Shown here: positions 12,721 through 26,522 of the stretch, one piece after another | Position numbering within the stretch: the first letter of the stretch is position 1 | Layout of the letters: every line of letters begins with the position of its first letter | Source of the DNA: Moniliella sp. 'wahieum' | Taxonomy: Eukaryota | NCBI GenBank assembly: GCA_003971905.1 | Contig: RSEE01000054.1 | Coordinates: 1 to 64,000, forward strand | Length of the DNA stretch: 64,000 nt | Reading direction: 5' to 3' | Position numbers and translations under genes: made by a program | The notes under the pieces: model-generated | Database searches by the model: none | Told to the model about the DNA's origin: nothing | Seen by the model: the letters and a program-made list of their open reading frames with translations, nothing else

Positions 12721-14927
12721 ATCCAACCGTCGCCACTGGTCCTACTCGGACAGAGGTAAACGCAGTGTACTACATCTGGGCTGCGACCCGAGCGAGCGGT
12801 GGCGGGGCGGGCAAACGTGTGAGAAATGACGGGCCCGTGGACGTGTGGGAGTTTATTATTGCTCAGAGTCGATTGAGATATATGGCCCAACAAGCATCCG
12901 TACGGCCTGAGACGCCCGACCTGTCATTAATTGCAGCCAAGTACTAAAACGAATCGGTAGCGACACCGCCTTTGCCCACGAGAAATCATCGTTCCCAACG
13001 GAAGGTGGAGCAACTTGTGCACAAACGCGCCAAGAAAACCTTACTGTCTCTCGGGCGTGACTCTTTTGTAAACATCAGGAAACGGTCAAGGGCGGGGAAG
13101 GTGTGGTGATGGCGGTTGATTCGAGAAGAAGAGGTGGAGTGCCAAAGCTTTCAGCCAAGGTTGAGGTATTGATTGTTGCCCTCAGGCGGCGGTAGGGAAG
13201 AGGTCAGATGAGGTGAGGAAATAACGACTGCTGGTTTATGGACGATAAGTCGATATGGATGCAAGCCCAGTCTCAGAGGTGCGACAGGAGAGGTGCTTTG
13301 CAGTAGAGGTCGTAATTCGTCGCCGCATGGCGGTTCATAGGTACGACGAAGAACCCCAATGACTGGGACATTAGAGTGAGTATCGCAACGAGACGCGAAT
13401 GAGAAGAGTTGTAATCGCGTCGCCTCGAGTCATATGATCTGGGAAAAGAATGAACAATCCGGATGGAATGTGGAAGAACTGGACTGAAAGAGGATAAGGT
13501 ACTGTGACAGCCTCCGAGGCGTTTAGGCGTATGCTTGGTTCCCACAGTGTAAAACGAGAGTCAGTGATTCTCGGTATGCAGAGGGCGAATCGAGGAAAGA
13601 TACTAATATACGCCTAGGACAAGCTAGTTATGCATTATGGTCGATCCTTGGGAGGCCTGAGTGCTGTCCAACGCTGCTCTTGGCGCTTGGTTAGCTTGTT
13701 GATTCGAGCAGGTGTTGCGCCTCTGTCATTTCTTTTGCTCTCCTCGGTGGTGCGGGCGTTGCGGCGTTTTGGTACTGGTGATGCACCCGTTCGTTTTCCC
13801 GAACCACAGCGCGCACTCTTTCCCGGGTAAATCGGTGCGATTTGGACGAACCCACGTTAGGTGAAGCTTGAAGAGTACTAGTAGAGGTCTCAGTACGCCC
13901 AGCAGTTGCTTCTTCAGCACCGCTTTCTGCTTATCCCTGTAACAAATGTAGCCTAAATGATCAAGTTACAGTAGTTGTCCATCGTCTCTCTTCCACCATC
14001 TTGACTACCTCCAAATCCCCCACCTCGAGAGACTTTCATGTTCTTGCTCTGTCAGTTCTTAGTTGGTCAGCTATTCGCCTCCACACAATTAGGGCGCCTA
14101 CTTCTGCCCCTTGCCCCGCAGGAGGCCAGTTCGTGGTACCTCTCTTCTTCGGACGGTGCCATTGTAGGCCAAGTGATAGGCGAGCAGGTTACCATTGTTG
14201 CTAGTTTATACGTTCGTACCACCATTCATGCTGGAAGACGTCCAGCCCTGAAGCTCGTTCGCGTTGGGCGCGACCCATGCTGTGGGCTGCACCCCCTCCC
14301 AAATAAAAAGCAAATCGAGGCTATACTACTGGAGCGTTACCGAAGGGGGAGAGACAGGGTCAGCCGTAGGACGGTGAAACGTTTTCGCGCTCGCAACGTG
14401 GTGGCAGGCACCAAAAGTGAGGTTGACCCCCGGGCCGCTGGGGCCACGGTTGGGGGTAGGGAAGGATACGTGGCGATGGGCTGTAAGGAGTAGGATGCAG
14501 GAGAACTCAAGATGTGCTATGCTATGCTGTGCCGATACGAGGGCCAGACGAGGGCCCAAGCGGAGCGTGCAGTGTGTGGAGGGGGGGCTGACGGCCTGGA
14601 CCAAGGGACAGGGGAAAGAGTGGACGTAACCCCGTTTCCCCAGGCGCTCCTGTCCCACCTCACCAACCTGGCGTCCAGCCTGACGGTGAAGGCAGCCTCG
14701 TGTTGGCCGAACCAAAAGTCTACTGCTATCCGTCTATATGCAGTCCCCGACTGATATAGGTTCAGCCTGACCTGCGACGTTCCACTGAGGCAGTCGGCCA
14801 AGACGACGAAAGTGAAGGGAGTATTCAGTGGGTATGATGGTCAAGATAAGAGATAGAGGAGAGGGGCTGGTATAGTCCCCATGTGCCGTCAGGCCATCGG
14901 GGCAGGCAGCACATCCCCTACATTAAT

Positions 14928-16111
14928 CTAACGTTCTCCGATCTTCTCGGCGCCGGCGTCGTCCATGACCATGGGGGGACGGGATCGGCCCATTCCGCCG
15001 CGTGGCTGGTGCCCGCTTGGCCTTACTGGAAGGATCGGATTTGCGTGGCCGCTTGCGTTCGGGCCAGGAGACGTGAGGACGAGCATGGAGGACGGGGGGT
15101 GCTGGACCGAACTGCGCGCTGCATCCTCATACAACGTCTCATCCAGCTCTTCCGAGTTCTCATCCACCTCACTGGATGCAGCACTTGCACTTCGATCTTG
15201 TCTCCTCCGGAAAGAGGTGCCAGGCTTGGCCGCGTAGGCAGCAAAGCCCAGGCCAGTGGACAGGGGCTGGCGGGAAGAGAGACGAGGTGCGTCGGAAGGA
15301 AGCGAAAATCCAAACTCTAGGGTTGAAGGAGGCGGAGCCAGACTCGCTTTCAGCGACACGGGATCCGTCGACTCGGAAGAGGCACATGGAGGCGAGGTAG
15401 GAGCCAGGATGGTAGGGACGCTCACTGGGGTACCCCCCTCCGGAATAGACGAGGGAGTGCCAGTGGATGGCGCTGGTCCAGACAAGTGGACGCAGCCCTG
15501 GTCCAAGCCGGGCGGGAGAGAATGGCTTGAACTCGTTGGGCGTCGAGAGAGGCAGCGCTGGAAGCAGGTGGGGCGGCTTGGGGGCCAGGCACTGGATCCG
15601 ACGCAGTAATGGAGATAGCAGGGGAGGCCGAGCAGGCAGCGGCAGCAGCCGGGGCAGCTCCGGCGCCAGTGCCCGTGGTGGTGCCGGCGGCTATGCCTGG
15701 CGCTCTGGAGAGGGCGGGAGCTGAAGGGGCGGCACCGAAGAAGCATGCTGGGGGGGCGGGTGCCGATGGAACTGGGGGCCGAGGCGGCGGTGGGGCTGGG
15801 TCGTCGTCAGGGTCGTCGGGGGCAGTGAGGGCATCGACACGGGCGGTGAGATGGCAGTGGAGCCAGGCGAGCGTGTCGGCAGGGGCGTCGTGCGGGGAGG
15901 AAGCGGAGCGGGCGGCAAGGCCGGCCTTGATGTCGGTGAGGGCGGCGAGGTAGCCGGCGCGGTGGGCGGAAGCGGCGGCGGTGTGGGCGGAGCGGAAGAG
16001 GGAGGTGAGGTGGCGGGCGGCGGCCTTGAACTCGGTGGAGAGCCGCTCGGTGTCGACGGCGGCCGAGGAGGGCTCGATGAGGGTGTCGCCGAGGCGTCCC
16101 AGCGAGTCCAT
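14928..16111 (-). CDS. Conserved fungal protein, probable HAPSTR1/C16orf72/YJR056C-like helical domain plus low-complexity tail
   Basis: MDSLGRLGDTL...ERLSTEFKAAARHLTSLFRSAHTAAASAHRAGYLAALTDI resembles the 'F..AA..VT.LY...G...AL.D' pattern of this family (from recall, not searched); frameshifted Ser/Pro/acidic tail. Confidence 0.6.
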
Positions 16112-16356
16112 CGCAGCGAGCGGGCGATGGGGAACAGCAGGGGGCAGCAAGCGTGGCGGCAAGCGATGGCAGACGCAGGCCCTGGCGCAGCAAGGCGGCG
16201 GCCAGATTAATGAGCGGTCGGTGGGCCTGCATGCTCCCGCGGGCAGCGGGGCAGGTGTGTGCTCTGCCCCCAGCTAGCCCGTGGCTGACGTAACCAGCGT
16301 GGTCAAATTTCCGCCTTGCCCGGGCAGGTGTGCCCGGCGTCCGCATGGGCTTCCCC

Positions 16357-16409
16357 CAGGTGGAGGCAGGCAGGTGGAGGCAGGCAGGTGGAGGCAGGCA
16401 GTGGAGGCA
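16357..16409. repeat. 14-bp G-rich tandem repeat (CAGGTGGAGGCAGG)x~3.5
   Basis: Seen directly; lies upstream of the HAPSTR1-like gene. Confidence 0.85.
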
Positions 16410-17518
16410 CAGCGGCGCGGGGGCGCTCTCGGCTGCTGCGGTGGCAGCCCCCCGTAGGGTTGCCCCGGCGCTAGGGTTTCGGCGTGGTACAAAACATCCT
16501 CCTGCGCGCGGCCATCCGGCGACGGATTGTTCCTTGACCACCAATCTCCACTGCAAGAGCACCAACCCCGCTATGTGTGATGCATCTCTCTTGACCATGT
16601 GAACGCCTGCCTTGCCTGTCTCTCCATCCACCCCATCCCCGCTGTGGATAGGCCGGCACAGTTGTGCGCGTGCACCTCTAACCCGCCAGGAGCATCCTTT
16701 CGACCCTCTGCCCCGTCAGTCATGGTCTGGGATGTGCCTGCAGCCATTCTGCCCACCTTGCTCCATTTGAGGCTTGCGTGGTTCCTGAAGTGCTGCAAGA
16801 TAAACCCTTTCGGGGGTGCCGCCGTGGCCAATGCCACTTTATGTGGATGCCAAGGTCTTGTCATTCATTCGCCTGCGGCGCTTTCTACACGCCACGGACG
16901 TTATGCAGTGATGAGCGCGCCAACATTTCTTCTTTGCATAATGCATGCTCTGACCCACTCATATCCTCTGCAAGGCGGGGATTTGCTGTACGTAGAGCTA
17001 GTTACTCCCCAGACCTTGACTTGGCCCCAGTGTTCTGAGGGTGCCCACAGGCCCATGCATGATCTGCATAGCGCCCTTTTCTTATATATGGCCGAGCTGA
17101 TCTCATCCGTCCAGCACACATCGGAAGTTTATATCCACCGCAGGGATGCTGTATACCTGGGAGGATTCGGATCCTTTGTGGCCAGGCATCCTTCGAGTCG
17201 TACTCTACATCCTTGCCTGAACCACGCTGACAAGGTCGAGGACCACCGGTTGACATTGTCCTGCCTCCGTACGGCCTGGAGCAAGGGGGGATGGACGAAG
17301 TCAGGCCGCTTGGTCTAGTGGAGAAAATGGACCAGGAACGTACGTAAGCCGCGATGGAACGCGGGCGTACATTTCAAATTTCAGCCGCATCTATTTTTCG
17401 CGGCTGCCAAAAAAAAAAAGCGATGTGAGCCACACCCACAGGGAGGCAGTACGGCCCAGCCCACCCAACGGGTTGCCTCACCCACCACCACCACACCACC
17501 TTCTCCTGCCTTGCCCTC

Positions 17519-20115
17519 ATGGTTACGGCCGACGACAGCCGCAAGCGTCGGCGCGCTGCGCCAGCAAGCCGCTCCAAGTCCAGCCGCACCATCCGCCGCA
17601 CTGCGTTTGACGACGAGCTGGCGCGCATCCGCTCCGACATCCAGCACCTCGATCCCGCCCACCCACCCACCACGTTTGCCGACCTGCCTCTGTCGCGCGC
17701 CACGCGCACCGGCCTCACCCGCGCCGGTTTCCGCGAGCTGACCGACATCCAGCAACGCTCCCTCCGCTTTCGCTAGCTGGAAAGGACGTCCTCGCCGCGG
17801 CGCCCCACGGGCAGTGGCAAACGCTTGCGTTTGTCATTCCTCTTCTCGAACGGCTGTATCAACTGCGCTGGGGTGCCACCGATGGTCTGGGCGCGCTCAT
17901 TATCAGTCCCACCCGCGAGCTGGCCATCCAGATTTTCGATGTGCTTCGCAAGGTCGGCGCGCAGCACACGGCGCTTTCGGCCGGGATCATCTTTGGTGGC
18001 AAGGACTTTAAGGCGGAAGCGATCCGTCTCCCGCGCCTCAACATTTTGGTTGCCACTCCAGGCCGGTTGCGCCAGCACCTGGAACAAACGCCCGGATTTG
18101 ATCCTTCCAACTTACAAATGCTTGTGCTGGACGAGGCGGATCGGAATTTGGATATGGGGTTTGAGGACGACTTGAATGGCATTTGCAACAGTTGCCGCGC
18201 AAGCCGGCTGGCGGCATCCATTCGCCTGACCAGCCGGGGCGCAGACGCTGCTCTTTTCCGCTACGCAAACCAACAAGGTCAGCGACTTGGCCCGCCTCTC
18301 GCTTGACCACCCCGAGTTTGTCGCGGTCAAGGCGGTGGTCGAGGCGGCGGCGGCGCGACGAGCGGGCGGGGCGGAGGAAGGATCGACGGCCAACTTGGTC
18401 TTGCCGGCGCAGTTTCGTCAGCATTACATGCTCGTCGATCTACCTCGCAAGCTCGACCTGCTCTTTTCGTTTTTGCGCACCCACGTCAAGACAAAGATTG
18501 TTGTCTTTTTCTCCGCGTGCCGAGAGGTTCAGTTTGTGTTTGAAACGTTTTGCAAGTTGCGCCCTGGGCTGCCGTTGCTGTGCTTGCACGGCAAGCAAAA
18601 GCAGGGCAAGCGACTGCAGATTTACACCGAGTTTGGGCGCATGAAGCACGCTTGCCTCTTTGCAACCGACATTGCCGCTCGTGGTCTCGATTTCCCCTCG
18701 GTGGATTGGGTGATCCAGGTGGACGCGCCCGAGGAAGGGGATACCTATGTCCATCGCGTCGGGCGTACCGCACGGTACGACAAGGCGGGCAACAGTTTGC
18801 TTTTGTCATGCCAGCCGAGAAGGAGATGGTGCTGGAGAAACTGGCGTCGCGTGGGATTCGTACTGCCGACGATGGCGAAGAGGGCGGTGGGGGTGCGCTG
18901 CGGTTGATCAAGCCGAGGGAAGGCATGATCCAGTCCATTGCGTCGCCTCTGCAGAGCTTCTTGTTCCAAGACCCGCAGCTCAAGTACTTGGGGCAAAAGG
19001 CATTTGTCTCCTATGTCCGCAGCCTGTTCCTAATGAAGGACCGGGCCAAGTTTGACCTGCTCTCCTCGCGCTCGATGCGTATGCGGAATCGTTGGGTCTT
19101 GCCGGCGCACCCAAGCTCAAATTTATCACCCAAGCTCAAAAGGAGAAGACAAAGCAGGCTCGGATTGCCCGCGCCGAGGCCAAGAAGAATGCCAATGTGG
19201 CGAAACGCAATGGGGAACCAGTGCCAGTGCCCAAGCCTGCTTCGGACCAGTCCGGGTCCGAGTCCGAATCCGAGTCTGAAGCGGCACCACCCGAATCGGA
19301 AGCGCAAGCGACTGCCGGACCGCCAAGGTGCGCACCAAGTACGATCGTATGTTTGAACGCAAGAACGACAGTGTCTTGACCCCCCATTACCGCACCCTCG
19401 TCACCAGTGATGACGAAGACGACCAGCACCCGGCGCAAGGGTTCCATTCGGACGAGGACGAGGCAGACGATGTGTTTGAGCTGGCGCGGGCGGACCATGC
19501 GCTGGAGGGTGACGAGCAAGAGGACGTGGATGAGCAGGAAGCACGGGAAGCCGCGATGAACAATATGAGCAAGCGGGCGCTGAAGCGGGGCATGTCCAAG
19601 AAGGCCATGGCAGAGGCCGGCAAGCGTGGGATGAGTACCAAACTTACGTTTGATGAAGAGGGAGAAGCGCACGAGCTGTACGAGCTGCAAGATGAGGCCG
19701 AGTTTAAGAAAGCGGGCGATGTGGCGGAGCAAGCGGCAGCGCATGCCCAAGCTGAACGCGCCCGGCTCAGCGAACAAGATGTGGCGGATCGCGAACGTGT
19801 GCGGGAACAGCGGCGCGAGAAGCGACGGTTGCGCAAAGAGAAGGAACGTGAAGCCCGCGGGGAAGGCCGAGAGGAGACCGAAGTTCAGGCCGCCCTGCCT
19901 TCGGACGCTGAGGAGGACGAGTGGGAAGAACCGATTGGATCTTGCCTGAGGACGACGACAGTCCCTCGGACCGTCGCGCTGCGACGGACGAGGAGAGCGA
20001 GGCGGAGCCAGGCGACCGGCCTCGCAAGCGCCCCCGCCATTCCGCTTCCCCCAATCCCCAGGGCGCTTCTTTGGCCGACGACGAAGCGCTGGCCCTACAA
20101 TTGCTGGGAGCCTAA
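17519..20115 (+). CDS. DBP4: DEAD-box RNA helicase Dbp4/DDX10 (frameshifted)
   Basis: Q-motif [102 protein letters not shown]-terminus [12 protein letters not shown]. Confidence 0.95.
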
Positions 20116-20417
20116 CCTTCCTCCGTCTTTTGGCCCAAGGTTTGGACTACTACTACCCTACTTCACTGTGCCGCTGCCCAGGTATACGAATCGCCTTTAC
20201 AGATAGGTGGTAGCAATAACCCACGATGCGGGGGGGGGGGGGGGGAGAGGAGGGAGAAGCGAGGAAAAGAGAGGAAACATGGACAATGCAAAAGCGATTG
20301 GCAACACTATAAAACCGTGGGGGCACACGATGACGATTGCCGGGGCACACAAGCGAGGCAAAAATGGGTTTAGGCCTGGGGACTAGTTCTTAGTGTAAAA
20401 CGAAGGCGCAGGCGTGC

Positions 20418-23400
20418 TCAGCAACTGGCTCGTGGTCGACGTACTCCCCTGTAGGCCCGTCCACGTCTCGGTCGGCTCACCTCAGCCACGGCCGTTGCAT
20501 CCTCTTGCCCATCTTCGTCGTCGGTAACGGGGACGGTGGCCACCTTAGGCCGACGCTGGACGCGGATCGCCGAGTCGTCCGTCTCGGACTGGGACGAGTG
20601 ACTGACATGCATCATGCCCGACCGACGGCCCATGCGTCGGCCATCAACTCCTCGTCCTCCTCGCTGCTCTCCGTGTCAGAGGAGGAGACGGAGGAGGCGT
20701 AGGATCGTGAGCGGCATCAGCCTCGGGCAAGCCGTTGGCGTCGATGGAAGCAGCCAGATGGGAGGAAACGTGTGTGCCCGATCCAGCTGGGGCCATGGGC
20801 AGCGGCACAGCGTCGGTGGACGCGGCAAGGGAACTGATGCTCTCATCCAGCCGTTGCCGCGTCTTGCCCCCAATCGCCCGGGAAGTACGTCGACGAAAAA
20901 GCAGATACGCTGCTCGCGTCTTGGCCTCCTCGGCTTGATGAGGCGAACGGTCGAGTCGTCGTAATACCAGTTGCCATCCTCTCGGTTCTTGGCAGCTGCA
21001 GTGTAGTGGCCGCCCAGCCCCCCCAAAGTGGTTGTCGACGGCAAACAAGTCGTAGATGGGGTTATCCGACACCACCGCATCGTCGTTATTGTCGGGATCC
21101 ACTCGAGAAGCAGGCTGATCGCTGGTCGCGGCACCGCCTTCGCCCGGGGCCTACCGTTCTCAGCAGGCGGTGGGGTGGCAGAGGCCACCGACGCAAGGGG
21201 GTTGTTACCCTCCTCATCCAACTTCTTGATCACCTTGGGGCCTTGGACATAATCGCTCAAGTCGAGCCCGGTAGTGGGGAAGTCGACCAAATCGTCAATC
21301 TTGTCTCTCGAGTGGCGGCCGACAGAGAACCGTTTGAGGTGGACAACCAAGATGTCGGGCACCTTCCACAGGTCAAACTTCTTGGTTGCTTGACGAAAGT
21401 CTTTGCAGTGGGGGCAGTACCACAGGTCGTCGGCGCCAGCTGCTCGGCGCGGGTAAACTCATCCAGACAATCGCGCAGATTCAGATCCGCTTTGCGCCCA
21501 CCCACCGTCTTGGCAGCCGTTGCCGAGGATCCACTTGTTCTTCGTAAGGTCCCCACACCTCTCTCGCCCCCGAATAAAGGCAGCCTTAGCCGCTGTCGTC
21601 CATACACAACCATGCCCCCGACGTGTAGACCAAAGGCCAGGGCGTCTGCACAGCCTGCCCGTCTCGTCCTTCGTTTCAAAGGAGAGCCACTCGGTCCCAT
21701 GCGCACGCCGCTCAGCACGCTGGAAGAGCAACTCGCTGCCCTCGTCGTAGTTCTGACCCGACTGGGGAAAAGGCGAAGTAAAGCGTCGGGCAAGATAATA
21801 CATCTGGTACGCGGGCGCCGCGCAGCAGCTGGAGCTAGGGTCAGGTCATCCGTTTCCTCGGCCATGGGAGATGCGACAGAGCTGGGCTCGGGCACGGCGT
21901 CAGCCTCGTCCATCGTGACCGACTTGTGTCATCTTCTGCATCTACAGGCAGGGGCTCTGTTGCATCGGGCGTGGTGTCCATCGCGAGGGATCAAGAGCGG
22001 CCGCCTCAGTCGTTGGGGCGGGGGGTAAATGGTGTTGTGCAGTCCTCGGGGGACTGAGCGTAGCGGGTGTACTGCCACTCGACCACCCGCCGCACCCTCT
22101 GGGTCATTCTTCGCCTCAGGCGGGATGGCAGCAAAGAAAGGAATGCCCATCGGAAGCGCGTTGCTCTTGCCTCCGCGCCGATTCAGACGCGAGTTGGAGG
22201 GCCCGACGAGAGCCAACATGGTAAATACGGGCAGGATCGCCCAGTCCCCAGCCGATGGGTGGGCCGTCGGCGGGGCAAGCCGCTCATAGTCGGGCGCAGG
22301 CTGGGCGCCGGCGCGGACAAAGCTAAACGCACTTTGTTTCGTCGGAGGCAAGCGAACGGGCACCGGCAGTTCCCAAAAGTACGCCACATCGCTCGAGCCA
22401 ATGTCGGTAACGCCGTCCCAGTCAAAGTACCACTTTTGGATGTTGCGTTGCCACACCTCGCCAGCCAAGAGATGGTCCTTGTTCACGCCAAACGCGTCCC
22501 CAACCTGGGCGCGGAGCTGGGCAATGGTCGCGCCTTGCGGACCGAAAGGGTGAGCTTGATGGGCTTGCGTGTGGGGTCGTATGGGACATAGAAGACACTC
22601 CCCGTCCAGCGGCGGCGATTGGGGATGGCAAGGTCAGGTACATGAATGGGTCAAACTTGATGGCCACTTTTTGGCATTCAGGACACACGAGCGTCGACTT
22701 GTATGTCCTTGGAACAGATCAACGATGATGCTATCGTTGCGCGCCTTGTACAACTCCCATTGTTTGCGCGCAAACTCGACAAGGGCGCGATCGTCACCGC
22801 CTTCCCAATCTGGAGCCTCAATATAAGGTTTCTTCTTGATCCGGTTCAGGTCTCATGCAGACCGTCCAGCAGGAACGCCAGCAGCTCCTGTGTGTCTTGC
22901 TGGCCATACCCCGCAAATTGAGGGGCAAAGCGGGAAACAGCAAACTTGAACTCGCGTGGGCTGACCGCATTGCTCCAGCCCCCATACCGACCCAGCATGC
23001 CCGATTTCGTCCCGGAAGCCTTGGGAGACCAAAGTCGTTGGAGCAGCGCGCCGAACGCCTCTGCCAAGGCGCCCCCGTTGCCCAAAGGGTTGTCGCGGTT
23101 GATCTCTTCTTGGAAACATTGGAAACAAAGTATTCCTGTACTCGGGCGTGTTGGAGAGGCACTGCAACGCACTGTTCATAAAGCAAGTGTTGCCCAAGTT
23201 TTGCAAGCCGACCAGTCCGTTGGGTGCCGCTTCGGCTGCGGTTTCGGCGAAGCACGCACCGAAGAGAGCACCGAGCCACCATTGGGAGTGTTGTCGCAGT
23301 GTTCTCCGTAGCCTGGGGGGTTGCATCCGCCGCCTTGGCTTGTTATGCGAGTTGGCTTGTAGTCGGCTCCAATGGTCTTCTGTGTTGGCAGCGAATACGC

Positions 23401-24329
23401 CCTTGACCCCACTAGGTGCGGCGGCCTGATCAGCCACAGGCGGGGGTGAGTCGTCGTAGGCCCAGGTGCCCCCGACTCGGACATCTACTGCCAGGGTTAC
23501 AGCCCGCTCATCCACCTGCAGCATTTCCAGGGTGGGATCGGACGATGTGGACGAAGCCAACTGCTCGTCCACCAGTCGGGCTGCAGGCGACGCAAGGCAG
23601 CAGCATCCAAAGGCGCTGGAAGCGCAGCAGTAGCCGAGATGTCTGTCACACGCCAGAACCTCAGATCGGCATCCGAGACCTGAGGCAGGTTCACGTGCTG
23701 CGCACTATAGCTCTTGAAGGAGCTAAGAGCGTGGAACCGACACGTCTGTGTTGCCCGGGCACCGCGTCGAGGGCGAAGCCGGGGACGGCGATTCGGACAA
23801 GATGGACCGTGGGCGGCCAAAGCTCGATGCGCTCGGCCCCAGATGCCATGCCTGGGATAACGGAGCGAGCAAACGTGGGTCCTTCGTGGCCAAATCTGGG
23901 CAGCGGCAGGTCAGCACATTCTGCCACGGAGGGGGGGGCGGAGGGGAGCGTACGCAGCAACAAGAGCGTCCCAGGTTCGACAGGCACCATCTCGTAGTCA
24001 ACGTCGGCGATCAAGTCGGGGCGGAGCGGGGGGGGGGAGGCGGAGGCGGGCGCGGGTGCGGCGAGGGCGGCGGTGCGGATGGGGCCAGGAGTGTCGTGCG
24101 CGAGGGCAGCGACCATGTGGCGGGGAGGACACACCATGTGTCGCCGACGCACAGGGGCGTGGTGCGGGCGGCGGCGACGCGGGTGCGGAGAGAAGCGGGG
24201 GGGCGCTGGCGCTGGGTGGGATGCGGGAGCTGGAGCGCCCATCGCAGATCGCAGATGGTGGCAGGAGGCGTCCGCCTGTTGAGCGCACAGCAGCCACCAT
24301 CGGCGGCTGTCGTGTCTGGGTGCCCGCAT
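20418..24329 (-). CDS. UBP12: Ubiquitin C-terminal hydrolase, USP4/11/15-type; ends approximate, frameshifted
   Basis: Cys box [84 protein letters not shown], His box [19 protein letters not shown]...WYYDDS. Confidence 0.92.
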
Positions 24330-24578
24330 GCGGCCGCAGACTGCCTTCCCGTGAGCACCCAGCGCACGTGATCTGCGTTCTTTTTTTTTCAGCCCATGCG
24401 GCCGCCGTTACGTCATCCGCCGCCACCCCCTTCCGCCTCCCGCCCGCCAACCATTCCGCCGCCTGCCTTTCCATGTCACCGCCAGGCGCATCACGTCACG
24501 TGCTGCAACCCTTGCCCCCCCGCCCCCTGCGGGGCACGCCGCCCCCCCCGTCTCCGTCCCCACCCCCCCATCTTTGCC

Positions 24579-26522
24579 ATGTCGTTGGCCCTGCACACCG
24601 TCCCCTCCCCACGCCTGACCCCGACCCGCCCTTGCCTCGGCCCGGCATGCGCTCCGACCGCGCCACCAGGCCCAGGCGCCCGTAGACGCGCCCGAGAAGC
24701 GCCCGCTGCAAGCGCTTCATGCCGGCTTCAGTAAGGCGTTCGACTCGCTTCCCTCGTCAAGCCAATGGCCGGAGGCCGTGTACCGCTCCGTTGTGCTTGC
24801 CCCCGGACAGTTCGCCCTCGCCAAGATGCATGCTGTCATCTCCTCACCCCGCACCCACCGGTACTTGCTGCGCGTCTCCATCGCCACCGTGCTCTATACC
24901 TGGCTCTCTTCTTGGCTCTTTTGGCCTACATTGGGTCTTCGTCAATGTGTGGGCGCCACATGCGGGCTTCACCAAGTCGGTCTGGTTGCAGTATGGGTAG
25001 GTTGACTAACTTCTCTTCTTCGCCAGTGTGGCTATGGTTTTCCCATGTGCTAACTCCCCTGTGCTGCCTCCCTCTAGCGAACCGGGGCTCCGTATGCCCA
25101 TTTGCACTTACTTCTCCCACTGCCGCCGACGAAAGGCGTACTTGTTTGACAGCGACGAGCTCCCTCCGAGTCCGATTCTACCTTATTGGACGATCAAGCA
25201 TACGACGTGACGCTTGAACTCCTCCTGCCTGTCACCTCGGCCAATGTGGATCTGGGCAATTTTATGACCACCCTGGAACTGTACAATGCCAACGGTTCCA
25301 CTGTCTGGCGTGCGTCACGACCGGTACGTTGAGCATGTCTAGATGGAAGGCGAAAAGGTCACTAACCAATACATCGGTCCGCCCCGCACCAGTCCATCTT
25401 GCTCACTGAGCCCTCGCCCCTTCGGCTGCTCTCGAGCTTGGCCCGAGTAATGAAAGAGCCATCCTTGACAGGTCTGTTTGATTGGGCGTCGGGGAGCAGC
25501 CGGGAGGAGTGAATCTGGCACTCGCTCCGCTCACGTGGTCGGTGCCAACCCAAGTGATGTCCATTCCCCTCTTGCGGGACGGGTGATGCAGCCGTCGCAC
25601 TCGGCCCTCAGCTTCTCGACCCGGCCACCGACGGGGCGAGACCCAGGGTCGGGAACGGTCTGAGTGGGCATCACCGGCATCGTTGCGGGTCCACGTCGGG
25701 CTTGTTAACCGTGGCCGACCGACAGCGATCGGTATTGGCCTTTGCGGGAGGAGTGCAAGTGCAAGTCCAGCCGATCTCCTTGGTCCGGGGGGGATACGTC
25801 GCGCTGCGTGGCGAACTTCAGATCCTAATGGCCAACTTGCGATTTGATGCACAACTGACGGGGCTCCGGTATGATTTCTTCTTCCTTTTCGTTCCGATGG
25901 TGCTTTTGCTGGGAGTGGGATGCTGACCCAACATTCAGGTCATGCTTTATTACCATCCCATTTTGTTTCCTTGCTTTTCCATCCTCTTTATCGCGCTGGA
26001 GCTGCTGATTGGCCTTGGTCTGTTGGTTGGGGTGGCCTTGTTCACGTCCAACTGTACAAACCTTTTGGGTATGGACCAGCTGCGACCCGAAATCCCCTTG
26101 GTCCACGCACCCAGTCCGCCTTTGGGCCCAGCGCCAGTCCTGTGCGGCCGAGGCCCGGCAGACCGGGACGAACGGGAGCCTCTGTTGGGAGCCGGGTCGC
26201 CGCCCCCGCGCCCGCCTGCGGAACGGAGGATACGGACAGCGATGGTGGGACGGTGACGGAATCGGGGTGGGGCATGACGGGAACGAGCGAAGGACCGCTG
26301 ACGTCCGAGCTGGGCTACGACGGTACCTCTTCCACCGCCGATGACGAGGAGGATCTGGCGGAGATGTTCCCCCCCGCTCCTCAGGACTGGGAGATGAACC
26401 TCGGTCCCGGCCATGGCCGTGGCCAGAGTCTCGGACGACTTTCGGAGGCCACCGAGGAATCTACCAACCTCTTCAGTAGCGGCAGCACCAGTGAGGGCTC
26501 CACCATTTCGGGCCGCGACTGA
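24579..26522 (+). CDS. SEI1: Seipin (lipid-droplet biogenesis), multi-exon
   Basis: TM segment, KSVWLQYG, DQAYDVTLELLLPVTSANVDLGNFMTTLEL...ASRP, ANLRFDAQLTGLR, LYYHPILF and a second TM segment. Confidence 0.88.

Noticed and set aside
13726..14801. DIRS/retroelement remnant suggested by LDHLG and LADCLS peptides
   Set aside because: The motifs are too short, in the wrong order for RT-RNase H, and unsupported by flanking residues.
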